The position numbers were made by a program, and so were the translations under genes. From positions 1 through 32,102 of the forward strand of contig CBFFRP010000539.1 of NCBI GenBank assembly GCA_965644295.1: a DNA stretch of 32,102 nucleotides, in the 5' to 3' direction. The notes below the pieces were generated by a model. The model did no database searches. It was not told the DNA's origin and saw nothing but the letters and a program-made list of their open reading frames with translations. This stretch comes from Paraphysomonas bandaiensis (Eukaryota > Protista > Chrysophyceae). Every line of letters starts with the position of its first letter. The stretch's first letter is position 1. This document shows, in pieces, positions 1 through 11,069 of this stretch.

Positions 1-373
1 CGGTGACGCACAAGCAGCTTTTGTAGCGTTAAATATAGTAGGATATCATAGTTAAGCACTCGTTAGCTAAATTGCAATAATGCTACATTAGTTCTGACGC
101 TTAAACGCCCATTTCTAATAATCAGACGGTCACTAATACACACTTTTACTGATATTGCAGCAAAATTTTCAAATAAAGTGCGTTAATTTATTTGTACCTC
201 AGAGCCTGGTGGAACCTTATCCCAAGGGGGAGACGCCCGGACAACAAGCGCCAGTGAGTCCTAAGACACACGAGCAGGGCGAAGCTCACAAACAACATTA
301 AGAACGGAAGTGGTTGCACCTTGGTGCTTGCGGCGACGCACAAGCAGCTTCTGTAGCGCTAAATAGTAGGATA
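1..373. repeat. Imperfect direct repeat (1-45 vs 331-373, 330-bp offset) at the end of a GC-richer block of about 180 nt; first copy truncated by the window edge
   Basis: cggtgacgcacaagcagcttttgtagcgttaaatatagtaggata (1-45) matches cggcgacgcacaagcagcttctgtagcgctaaatagtaggata (331-373). The second copy forms the hairpin tgcttg-cg-GCGA-cg-ca-caagca. Confidence 0.75.
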
Positions 374-1267
374 ATAGAATTTGTGGTGATTAGTTATGGG
401 TAGTGGTCTAACTAGTAGGTCTAGCATTCAACTAGCCACTATATCGGAACGAGTTTTTAACGCCTATTGCTAAATAAAAAGAATTTCAATACCTATTTGA
501 TTTGTGTATGAATACTCTGTAGAACTGTTGAAAAAACAATGGGAGGGGGCAGCATTGGGATATATAATAATTTTACAACCATGAAGTAGCTGTGCATCCC
601 AGGGTCTGGTAACCGTTAATAGTAATGACATTAATGGTAATGCCATTATAATTGCCGGGAATTGCACTACCATTAATGACCTGTACTGCTATATATAGAA
701 CTGAGTATTTTTAAGATAATATATAGTATCTTCTCTATCCTCTATACTCCGAAGAAACTCTAAACAATGTTAGACAACAATGTTCATGGTGCATCCTATA
801 TATATATAGTGTAGTCAACAAAATATCAATTAAAAGTGGAAAACATGAGTGAGTTTTATTATAATACGAAGTAATGACCATGATTGCAAGTATTATCTAC
901 TAAAGACCAATGGATAAATATACTGTATTGAACAGATAAATTCAATAATTCGCTTAAGTTGACCAATTTCAGCTGTGTGCTTTAAATTAAGTATTAGAAT
1001 ATGGACTGTATCCTAGTATATTCAATGTGGTACTTGAAGACAATGTACGAGAATACAGTGATGTATGGTGATGTGTAGATGCTGTTATGATATTGAGAAA
1101 ACTGAAATAGTTTGCTCTTTCAAGATATGTTTAGTAGCGAAAGGTCTACAGAAGTAGTGATTTATGCATGGCACAAAACGAGCTTGTGTTGTTTAACACA
1201 ATTTGTGTAAACGATATTAATAAATCTATCTAGTCTAACAACTTAATCTCTCTTTGATCTAAGTAAA

Positions 1268-1947
1268 ATGAGCATTTCCCAACATGGTAGCGAGCGAGGA
1301 GGAGAGAAGGAGGATAGAGGAGTAGTTCCTCAGTTCAACGAGACTAACGTTGAACAATGGATTGAGGACTTCGAGACATTCCTTATGAGGAAGGAACAAA
1401 GCGAGGTAGCGGTGGAAACTGCCACCTAAGGAGAGCGACTTCGGGGAGCAGCCACTTACGTTGATGGAGGAGAAGGCGTACAGACAGGCTGTGAAGAGGT
1501 ATTGGAAGGCGAACGCCATAGCTTATTCTTACTGCAGGGATGCGGTGCAGCATTCCCCGAAAGCGCTGCGTAAATTCCATCTTACCCACAAAGCGTTCAA
1601 GGCAGAAGGGAGTGGTGTAAACAGGTTCAAAACACATGTAATGATTGATGAGTTGAAGAAGTGTTTTGCTGGAGGGAAGCAAAATAGGATCAGTGACCTT
1701 CTTAACTCAATATGGTTCTTTCCGTATGCGTCCGGAGGAGACGGCGAAGGACTACGTACTACGGTTCGAACTACTGCTGAAGGAACTACAGGAGCAGCAG
1801 CAGGATATCTCGGATACTGTTATGCACTGCAAGCAACACTGCTCAATGTTCAACTACTTCGAGATAGTGCTATTACCAGCGAACACTTTATTCAGTCAAT
1901 TGCCCGAAATGTGTAAGCAAGCTATAGCGGCTTCAAAAATCAAATAA
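1268..1947 (+). pseudogene. Degenerate Ty1/Copia LTR-retrotransposon gag (Retrotran_gag_2/UBN2-like) with two frameshifts; no pol or LTR visible
   Basis: Joining three frames (shifts near 1415 and 1704) gives MSISQ..VVPQFNETNVEQWIEDFETFLMRKE..YWKANAIAYSYCRDAV..MIDELKKCFAGGKQNRISDLL-TQYGSFRMRPEETAKDYVLRFELLLKELQEQQQDISDTVMHCK. This follows the Copia gag pattern (P.F...N...W; L...F......r...L..e...fkM...Es..dY..RF......L......isd). GC is higher than in the flanks. Confidence 0.75.
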
Positions 1948-2182
1948 TGTAACTGAGGATAGCCTAATGTAAAGATAATAATTTATGCAGAGTGTCGAGA
2001 TATAAAATATGACATTTATATGTAAACAGGGATCATACAAATCAAACTTGATAGACGGCGTATGGATATTGAAAAGTTAAAAGAATGTGATTTTTTAAAT
2101 AGATTTAACTCTCAAATAACTTCATCTCATTTGTACATCAACAAAGTTGTATGAGGTAATTCGAATTCCCTACTCAAATCGG

Positions 2183-4024
2183 TTACTTGTTCTTCTTTTC
2201 CTTTGATGATTTCGGCCCAGGAATGATGCTGAGAATTACGGCAATGAGAGTGAGGGTAACATGAGGACCCCAGTAGTAGCTCCCAAGTGCACGGTTACAG
2301 TTCTCCCACGACCCCAGTGGAAATGTCTGGACAACGAAGTTGACTGCAATGAAAGTACACACCGTGCACATTGCAAAATAGAATTTGGTAAACAGAGTTT
2401 GAGGTGCTGTTGCGTAGTTCCTGCCATCGTAGCCGGGAATGAACAATGGATTCATCTTCTTTCGCCAATGACGCTCAATTGTGGTCAATACAGGCATAAA
2501 CATGAAAAACACAAAGTAGCCAGGGTACAGACCATGCCACAGGGCAGATATGAAATATGTGGCCAGAAGGCTGTTTCCGGTTCGCCCATATGTATAGCGC
2601 TCCAGCCAACCCTGAGTTCGTTTATTCCAACTGCGAGTTAGGCTCTGCACAAAAAAGTTAGTTATTAAAACCACAGAGCACACCGTGATCGCATATCATG
2701 AAATGCACTTTAGTGCACAGAACACTATTATACAATTATACCTGTGTATTATTAGCCATTTCGAAGTTCAAAATGTCAATATTTTCAACCCCTCTCCAGC
2801 TTGCAGGACTGTTACCACTGTCGGTGGCACTAGAGTACCCTGTAAACCCAAATCCACCCATAATAGAGGCTGCTTCAGCCAGCTTCCACGCAAAATAGTA
2901 TTTCTGACGGAAAGCAAAGGTGGCAATTAATGTGAAGAGAAGTCGCTCGGGAATTGTGTGCGTGGCTACGAAATCTGCCTGTGCCACTCGCGGCAGAGGG
3001 AATAATGCATTCAAGTAAAGATACAAACCCATGCAGGCAATAGCCTTGAGCAAACATAGTATTGATGGAACCAGTGATGATGGCACGGTCGCCACAACCT
3101 TAGTCGGTATTTCATTGTCGGAATCTGACTTCTTGGGGGTAGTGTTACTAGTTCGTTTAAACGCTTCTCCAGTTATACTTCGCTGATAATCAGTGAATTC
3201 AAACGCTGGCCCGGCCAATACACACGTGAAACAATACACATACCCCATGAATTCAAGAAAGCTTGGCATCTGAGTAATGGCATATTTTTTGCGAGAACTG
3301 TAGAGCTGTGACAGAAAAAAGTTTATCGTAGGTATGAGTGTATCACAAAACAAGTCAGCACATACCGTAATGTATATAAACTAACAATAATACCATTTAT
3401 GTACTTAAGATTAACACGTACCCGACTTTTCTTTTCATCAGCATGAGTGCCGAACACATTCTTTCTATCGACGGTTCCATCATACAAGTTATAAGCAAAA
3501 GAAGTCAACTTCATTGTAAAAACCATTTGTGTTCCCGTGAAGTCGAATTCATCCGACATATAAGCAACATACATGCGATAAATATGGCATGCAGTCATGA
3601 AGGACATGACGAACACAAACACAACGATATGTTGGTATTTGCCAGGAAAGAATGCACATATCATGTACGTAATCAACGTAGATATCATTGAATGAATCCA
3701 ATTGGGTCCATAAATCCATTGCATTAAATACAATCCTCCAAGAAAAGAGTACACATGTTTAAGTGTAGGATTTGGTAATACACGTAATATATATGCCATT
3801 GGATATACAAGGAATAGTGCCAGCATATACTATATACAAAATATCAATTTAATCAATTATAATAAATTCATATATTATACCTTCATCATAATTAATGGTA
3901 AGCCAAGACCTACACCTAGATATTCAATCTTTTCATCCAATGTTGGCATATGAACCAAATTAGTAGCATTACCAAGCCATGAATATTGTTCTAAATACTG
4001 AAATATTGTTCCAACAACTTCCAT
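2183..4024 (-). CDS. MBOAT-family lysophospholipid acyltransferase (LPCAT/LPLAT, Ale1/MBOAT1-like), about 525 aa; exons 4024-3881, 3829-3422, 3305-2742, 2644-2183
   Basis: Three phase-0 GT-AG introns (51, 116, 97 nt) join the ORFs in frame. Motifs: DFTGTQMVFTMKLTSFAYNLYDG, FMGYVYCFTCVLAGPAFEF, KYYFAWKLAE, WNKRTQGWL, and SALWHGLYPGY (catalytic His). C-terminal KKNK resembles an ER-retrieval signal. Confidence 0.93.
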
Positions 4025-5265
4025 TATAATGATAATATATGAATCAATCAATTACTAATGGGGGTGAACCCAATTGCTAATAGAATTAACTACTATATGA
4101 ATGTATAGTATGGTTAATTATTCTGGAAACTCCATATATAAAAAACACAATAAAGTTGTGGATGTTGTGGATGTTGTGGTGCTGTGTGTACTGGATGTAC
4201 CAGGAATACAATACTATCCTACGTACACTATCCATACCAACTCCATCATTGTCTATACTGTAGTGTATATAATAGCACAAGTACACACATATCTACCATA
4301 TATACTACGTCGATACTTGCCCATCTCTAGATCTGTGATGGCGATATACGTCACGTATATGGCTATACAGTGTTATCTATATCTAGTAGGTAGCTTTGTA
4401 GGCATATCATCATATCATGCATATCCAGTAGATGTCATAGATACTAGATATCATGTAACACATATCATTAACTTACCCATAAAGCATCAGTGAAAAAGAG
4501 GGAATATTCACCAGCAGAACTGATCCCTTGAAATGATCATGTGAGATACAAGGGGTCAATATCATCTCGCACAAGCTAATTGCAAGATATTACAGCCAGC
4601 AGTGCACTTATATTAACCTTAATATCAATATAACGGTAAAAACTTGGAATCAATTGTAGAATATATCAACATTTCGATGAATGCAAAACACTCACAACTA
4701 TCTACACACCAAAGTCATTATTTCCTAATCAAAACGCTGTCTCTTCATAGGGTATATCTTTGTTGCGAGGGGCTTCCTCCTGGTCAGGTATGAAATTCGC
4801 GGACATGCCACATTCCCTGGATTTTTCCTATTCCACAAGGATATATTGTGATATATACACGTACTGGAATATTGTGAGATGGCTTAAAGAGTCATTTCAC
4901 AAGTGATTTCTATTGAGGAAAGAGCAGCTGAAGGACGATTTTCTTATCATAGATAGTCAACCAGAGACACATTTATGAAAGAGTGATATTTTTATCACTC
5001 ATATTATTCATGTCGGTAAAAGCAAAGCATGACGTACTTGTTGCGTCATTTTTAGTGTCGATGTAGAGACATATTCACACTTCAAGAGGAGTTTAGAGTT
5101 TTCGAATTCGAGATGACAATTAATAATATCGCTCTATAATACCCTTTTAGTTCAGCATGAAAATATTACACATCCTTATTTAATGAATTAGCTTTGATAC
5201 ACCTTATATGTTACACGGACATCGCAGTTTCTCAACACTCACGTTACTATACTACATCTAAAAAT

Positions 5266-6366
5266 CTAGTATGTATATGTTGCAATAACATGTGATGCAG
5301 TTGTCACGTTAATTTGTTTTTCATAGAATTTCACGATGTCATAGTAGCTACGTTGGTACATACTGGCCCTCGGCTTCCTACACGAAAACCTCGGAAACGT
5401 GGTGTCCAAAACTTCCTGGGTATAGTCTTCAAGCGTAACACACCAAAACTTGTTAATTTCTTCAACGCTTAGTGTTGTACTGTATCTAATTGCATCGGCA
5501 CGTGTCTTAAACACCATTAGATCTCGAAAGAGTCCCCAGAATACTGTGTACCGCATGTATTCGTGCTCCTTTCTGAGTTGAATGATATTCACTGCCCAGC
5601 CTATAAAACCATCCACTGTCAGATCATTCCGTTGTATCCGTTGGAGGTCTAAATCATCCTCAATTCTTGCAGATACTTGTACAGGAAGAAATGAGCGTAG
5701 CCCATATGATGTGACAGTTTTCTTGAATCGATGGACATCGCTCTCTCGTTCAGTTAGCACTGTGAGCATTGTCATATACCGTTTTCGAGATAAGACAACT
5801 GCTAGCAAAGAATCCTCAACCCAAGCAATATCACATACGAGACCTATTACTCCGGATCCCTTGCAGCGAATATAGTACTCATGTAGAGCGTTATAGCATT
5901 GGTGAGCGGACTGGATATGCTTCAGTTCAGTCTGTAGAGTGCTGAGATGACAACTCACAAAACTAACAATCGAGAGAGGCTGCCGCTCTACGCTCCATCC
6001 TGAAAAATGTTGCTGTAAAGCTCGTTTCCAATATCCAGAGCCTTCAGATGCTAGGTATCGAAAAACATCACGAGAGAAGCGGTCCACAGCTGCGAACATA
6101 CACAGTTCGTTCACGTTTAAGTACGAAGCAATTTCCGAAGCTAAATCGATACCAAGTTTCTCCCATGGCCTATCTCGTCTATTGACTGTGCTGATAGGAC
6201 CTTTGGAGTACTCTTCTGTTATATATTCTGTGATAAAGTTCCCGAAAGCAGATACATTCCCCCATAATGTAACACCTTGACGTGTACTTTCTGACAAATA
6301 TCCCGCCAAATGACGTGAATTATCATTAATAATATCGAGTAAGGTAAGGGAAAGTGGAATTGACAT
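5266..6366 (-). CDS. Intronless protein of about 366 aa: F-box-like motif followed by an SMC flexible-hinge domain of DMS3/GMI1/SMCHD1 type
   Basis: F-box-like: PWEKLGIDLASEIASYLNVNELCMFAAVDRFSRDV..YWK (about 6168-6019). Hinge: GVIGLVCDIAWVEDSLLAVVLS..TMLTVLT..GLRSFLPV..DGFIGWAVNIIQL..MRYTVFWGLFRDLMVFKTRADA..CVTLE (about 5856-5383). Start is ATG 6366 or the in-frame ATG at 6405. Confidence 0.72.
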   Translation of the reverse strand: MSIPLSLTLLDIINDNSRHLAGYLSESTRQGVTLWGNVSAFGNFITEYITEEYSKGPISTVNRRDRPWEKLGIDLASEIASYLNVNELCMFAAVDRFSRDVFRYLASEGSGYWKRALQQHFSGWSVERQPLSIVSFVSCHLSTLQTELKHIQSAHQCYNALHEYYIRCKGSGVIGLVCDIAWVEDSLLAVVLSRKRYMTMLTVLTERESDVHRFKKTVTSYGLRSFLPVQVSARIEDDLDLQRIQRNDLTVDGFIGWAVNIIQLRKEHEYMRYTVFWGLFRDLMVFKTRADAIRYSTTLSVEEINKFWCVTLEDYTQEVLDTTFPRFSCRKPRASMYQRSYYDIVKFYEKQINVTTASHVIATYTY

Positions 6367-6770
6367 GTTGAATATAATGGAGTTTATAATATCTTGTTGG
6401 AACATATCATACTTAATAGACAAACTGAAACGTAATATGACACACTGTGAGGTGGACTGCTATGATTGGTCGAATATCTTAATTACACTAATATTCTACA
6501 GAAACTTCGTTTATGTTCCATATATGGGTGTTTTTATATATCCAAATATTGGATATTTATAAAAACTGGAAATTTGTACCCCAATTTCTGGAAATATCCC
6601 CACTCCATCTGTGCTACAGAGTGATAGACATAACATCTATGAGATAGACATACATAGTAAGAATAGAGAACATAGTCATAACAAGTGGAAAGGTAGAGAG
6701 AAAGATCTCAAACTTTAACTTTATTAGTATAATTTTGATTAGTATTCTTATTCAATATTTGTATATTTTA

Positions 6771-7442
6771 ATGCCTAGTTCATCTGCTACTAATACCCCT
6801 CGACCCCCCCCTCCCGGTGCAGTCGTCCCTCCAAATGATATCAATAAAACTATGCTTGATATAAGTAATTTTTTAGATGAAAAGATATTCTTACCGATGT
6901 ACTCAAAGAGTGCGGGTGATATTGAATATTCAGTTTCAGGATTTTCTAAAATGACTAAAGTTTCGGGTAAGCTTATTCCAATAAAAGTGTGGAGTGCGGG
7001 TATCGGGATATTTTGTGTAATTACATCCCTGAGGCTATTTCTGGCAAATGAAATGCGTTTTTTTGTTTACTTGCTGTGTGCATATGACTTGTTTCGCATT
7101 TCGTATAATTCGTATGGAAGAGTGTATTTTGCTAGTGTTACGCGGAAGGCAATAGCAAACAGTACCCAACAAATTGGAGAATCGATAATGTCATTTTTTA
7201 CTGGAAAGAAAAGTGGTAGTCAGCCTACAGCTGTTGCCGATATAATGGAAAATGTAGATTGGACCTGCGTAACTGAGGGTACAATAATTAGTGCAGTATA
7301 TAGCAAGGTGCGTGAGACGACGCTGTTGTATGTTGTACATGATTAGTGTTCTTTCCCGTGTGCCCGTGCATCAACTGTAACTAATATTGTGCTGTTTATG
7401 CAGGTAAAACAGTTGATGCAGGATACCCCACCCAGAGCATAA
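6771..7442 (+). CDS. Small hypothetical membrane protein, about 191 aa; exons 6771-7307 and 7404-7442
   Basis: ATG at 6771, Pro-rich N-terminus, hydrophobic hairpin (VWSAGIGIFCVITSLRLFL / FFVYLLCAYDLF). Donor AAG|gtgcgt, branch-like ctaat at 7381, acceptor tgcag|GTA, stop TAA at 7440-7442. Divergent from the hinge gene. Confidence 0.7.
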
Positions 7443-8106
7443 GTAGTTGCATTTTAAAGATTGGTTTCTCTTCTGGTACTTAATCGTATAGAAATCTACA
7501 CTTCCTATACCTAATGCCTTGTTATAATTCAGTAAGAAATTCCGTACGCTAGAACAGATGCCCCTTTTTCAAATACTGTACTTGAATAACCTATTGTCTG
7601 CAATAAATCCAGGACAATGGCGATGTAATAACATTATGATCACACCAAGTTACAGTCATTATATAATTTCGAAATGATTGCACATACGTTGCTCTATTAC
7701 AACTACTGAAGTGACAAAATACACCTATAAATGATCATATCATAAAAGTGAGATCCATGACGCTTCGCTTGAACGCTAATGTAGTCACCAAAATAATACT
7801 GAACCACAGTGTTTTCTCCCAACTTCATGGAGAGATCTCAAAAAGTATATTAGCTATTGCTTACTCAAACGCTGCATGCATTAGGGTGGGTATTCATATA
7901 CATCAGCAAGCTGTTACTCAGTAAAATACTCGGTTTATATATAGGAGTGGGATTTACACAAGCGGTAATTGTTGTTTAAATAATGATGGGATAGCAAAGT
8001 TCCTGGGAAATGATAAAAAACATACTCAATATCAACACTTTTGACTAAATATTATTACATCATTAATAATCGATTTATTTGAAATTAAATTTTAGATATA
8101 TTTTAA

Positions 8107-10266
8107 TCAAAGCAGGTCTCCCGAGATTATAGTCACAAAGTATATACCCGCTGCTAAAACTACTACATTGTACTTTTCTTTGACGTAATTGCTGCAATGT
8201 CGTCTTTTGATAACAAGGCACATGTACTTCTCATCGCGCGGACTGTGTATTTCTAAGTAGTTTAACGCAACGGTTAATGAAGGGTAATTATAATGGGACA
8301 GAATCAGCGTTGTACAACGTAACTACAATAATACATGCATATACAGTTCTCATTAGGGCAGATCAGTTAAACATTTATGTACCTTCATAAACGTCAATCC
8401 CCTTTTATATTCTTTTCCCAACGCAGGGAGTATCAGAGTGACCTGCTTACTTGTTCGCTTTTTTACGTAGGCTTTTAGAAAAACATTTTCAGCCGCATCA
8501 GTGCAATTTATTGCAGATAAATCTGATCGATCCAACCACTGTGGTGCTGGAGTGTAAAGAGTCTCACCTGGGTGCCACATATCAGCATATTCCGCTCCAC
8601 CTTCGTCATTGCTCTCTTGATCTGCAACTTGGGTAGATACAAATGGTGTGTGCTTCACGTTCACATTTCCGGTGGAGTAGTACAACTCACTACCCCACTC
8701 AGAACAGTCTGTAAAACTCAAACCTCCACTTTTTTGTCGGTCGTATGGAGGCGGGTTGGAGAGATCCCAGCAGTAACTGACGTCTACATTCGACGAAATT
8801 AAAGAACCTTGAGCATTCCAAGCTGCATCCCATTCCTACGATGTAAACTATTTACGAAGAACTCATTGACAGGGTTTACACATAGCAAAGAAGGTCACAC
8901 AAGTCACCTGCCGTGTGAGAATATTCGCCGCAGATATTTCCGTCATATCGCCGTGGTTAATAACATACTCTCGTACTTCGTTGACGTCTAGACAAACAAA
9001 TCGAACATGTGGAAATTTATCCGCACATGTACCTAGTAACAAAACAGCACTGGAATTTCTTGCAAGAGTGGGACATTTTCTAACTTCCAGTACGCGAACA
9101 CAGTAGGGGTCCCAGTATTGCGACCCAGTAAGAGGATCCGTACTATGTAGCTTCTCTGGAAAAAAATATGGCAGTACTACACCACTTCCATCGGCCTTGA
9201 CTAAAGGAGATATTAGATTCTGCGAGAAAAAAATTAGAATTTCAACCACCACAGCTATATATTGAGCTAGAAACCCATATGATCATACAACAATATGATA
9301 AATCAGTATACTAGCAACGCTGAGTATACCTTTATATAGTCACATGACGTCATTTCCTCTTCAGTGAAGCCCACAAGTTCACATGGTCTAGTCAGCTTGA
9401 ACATGCTCTGACTCCTACGTACAGAGTTTAATATATAATGCATCCACAGTTGTTGTGAAAATAGATATATCTACGAGCCTTCATATTGTAGAATATACAA
9501 TAGCAGAACATTGATGAAAGCAATACGTGACATACATTAGTGTTGCAGGTTGAGGTTCAATATAAGTAGACTCTTTCTCCATAGGTGGCAGTTCCAACAC
9601 GAATTTCGTAAGCAGCTTCGCAAATGAATACAAGCCAATATATTGCATTCTTAAAGCTCCTTGTAGTAGCCTCAGCATATTCCAATCCACATCTGAGGAC
9701 TCAACACCAAGATAATTGGACTCTAACCCTTTCATAGACCACAATAATGTTGGTGATGAATCAGATGTTTCAGGCGTCAAACAAGAAACAGCTTCAAGTA
9801 AATATTCATCATCAAATCTTGCAACCAAAGACCAAACAAAAGTAAATATAGATCCCTTTAATACAGTAAGTGATATCGTCGGAATGTCGTAAGTCCAAGG
9901 TAGAAAGAATGAGAAAATGAATCGTCGCTTGTCGTCAGTCCTTTGGAGGTGAATGTACTCTGCCATTTGAGATGCCGCTTTCTGAAGCAATTCATCGGAT
10001 TCGAAGACTGAAGACTCATGCCGAAACAACTCAAGTCCATTATAACCTCGTTTCGGCCGTCTGGAGCAAGCACGTTTAGGGGACTTAATACAGCCCTGAA
10101 GGTCTTGTTTGCCGCCCTCTTGGCCACAGAATGCCTCCACAGCCAGAGCTACCTCCAGATTATCTGATGAGCTGAATTGTCGCTTCTTACTTCGTAATGG
10201 TTGAATTTCACTGTCCATGATGGATAAGAATTCAAAAATGAACTCATCATCAAATGTAAACGACAT
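8107..10266 (-). CDS. Hypothetical protein of about 598 aa, unknown family; exons 10266-9536, 9414-9330, 9219-8908, 8835-8383, 8322-8107
   Basis: Four GT-AG introns (donors gtatgt, gtatac, gtgact, gtacat) join the listed ORFs into one open frame ending ..TIISGDLL*. Basic NLS-like patches (RSKKRQ, PKRACSRRPKR). No domain recognised. Confidence 0.7.
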
Positions 10267-10409
10267 GAATCCAAATTCTTATAGAGAAGATGATATCCTG
10301 TGACAACAACAGTCCAAAGGACAGTCTGAATATGCAAAGAAGATTCCATTGTATGTAATTAATCAAATTCTTTAATTAAAGATACCAATGGCAGTAATCA
10401 GTCCGCAGG

Positions 10410-10926
10410 GGCAGAATATATATATATATAGTTACACCTTTGGCTTGATGTTTGTAGTAGTTAGTCTAGATCGGCGATCTTGACCTCTATGGACAGTGCT
10501 GTAGTCTATATATGTAATTAACCATATACAGTAGCAGTGTACAGCAGAACGGCACTCTGTGTATCTGATAGAGTACAGCACTGTATACTGGGACACCTTG
10601 TTTAGGTGGAAGGACAAAATATTCTTGTAGTCCTTTGGAATACCATGTCAATGGACATAACTTACAGAACAACCACCACTTTCTATCGCTAAAATTTTCA
10701 TATGTATATGTATGTATATGTATATGTATTCCTAACCACATATGATTCCAACAGCTATACAGTGTATACAGGTCCATGTATACATAGATATATAGAAATA
10801 CACACACACTAAAAATGGCCTAAAATTTCAACCGTTCATCTCCCATGTGACACTACGAGCTCCATCATATAGCGGATAGTGTATACCATAACGGTATATA
10901 TATATATATTTCTGTTTAGATGTGGA
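10410..10926. promoter_or_regulatory. Core of the bidirectional intergenic region between head-to-head genes, orientation A
   Basis: Lies between ATG 10266(-) and ATG 11070(+). Bounded by agg (10407-10409) and cct (10927-10929), with inverted cagaa(a)(ta)n tracts near both ends. Its reverse complement matches 29243-30562. Confidence 0.75.
10700..10728. repeat. (TATATG/TATG)n microsatellite; longer and inverted at about 30267-30300
   Basis: atatgtatatgtatgtatatgtatatgta in copy 1 vs acatatacatatacatatacatacatatacatat in copy 2. Confidence 0.8.
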
Positions 10927-11069
10927 CCTCCAGGAGATATATGGGTATCGAAGTAAATAAATTCATAATGAATAAGCAAATAATCAATGGATGATAAGAG
11001 TTACATTCACAAGGCTTTTATCGTCATTTGTCTCTGCTGCTCGAACACACCCAGCTATATAGATTGAAA

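Noticed and set aside
178-350. Group II intron (GTGCG at 178 and a domain-V-like bulged GNRA hairpin)
   Set aside because: Far too short, lacks the AGC/CGC catalytic triad in the right position, and no domain VI is evident.
2236-3691. Plus-strand and alternative-frame ORFs overlapping the MBOAT gene
   Set aside because: Antisense or off-frame shadows of a well-supported gene.
4086-4493. ORFs of 130 aa (+) and 66 aa (-) upstream of the MBOAT gene
   Set aside because: Low-complexity AT-rich sequence with Y/I/V-biased translation; most likely promoter or intergenic DNA.
11028-11069. Upstream TTG start given by the ORF track
   Set aside because: Eukaryotic context; ATG 11070 directly precedes the signal peptide, and the TTG is not conserved in copy 2.
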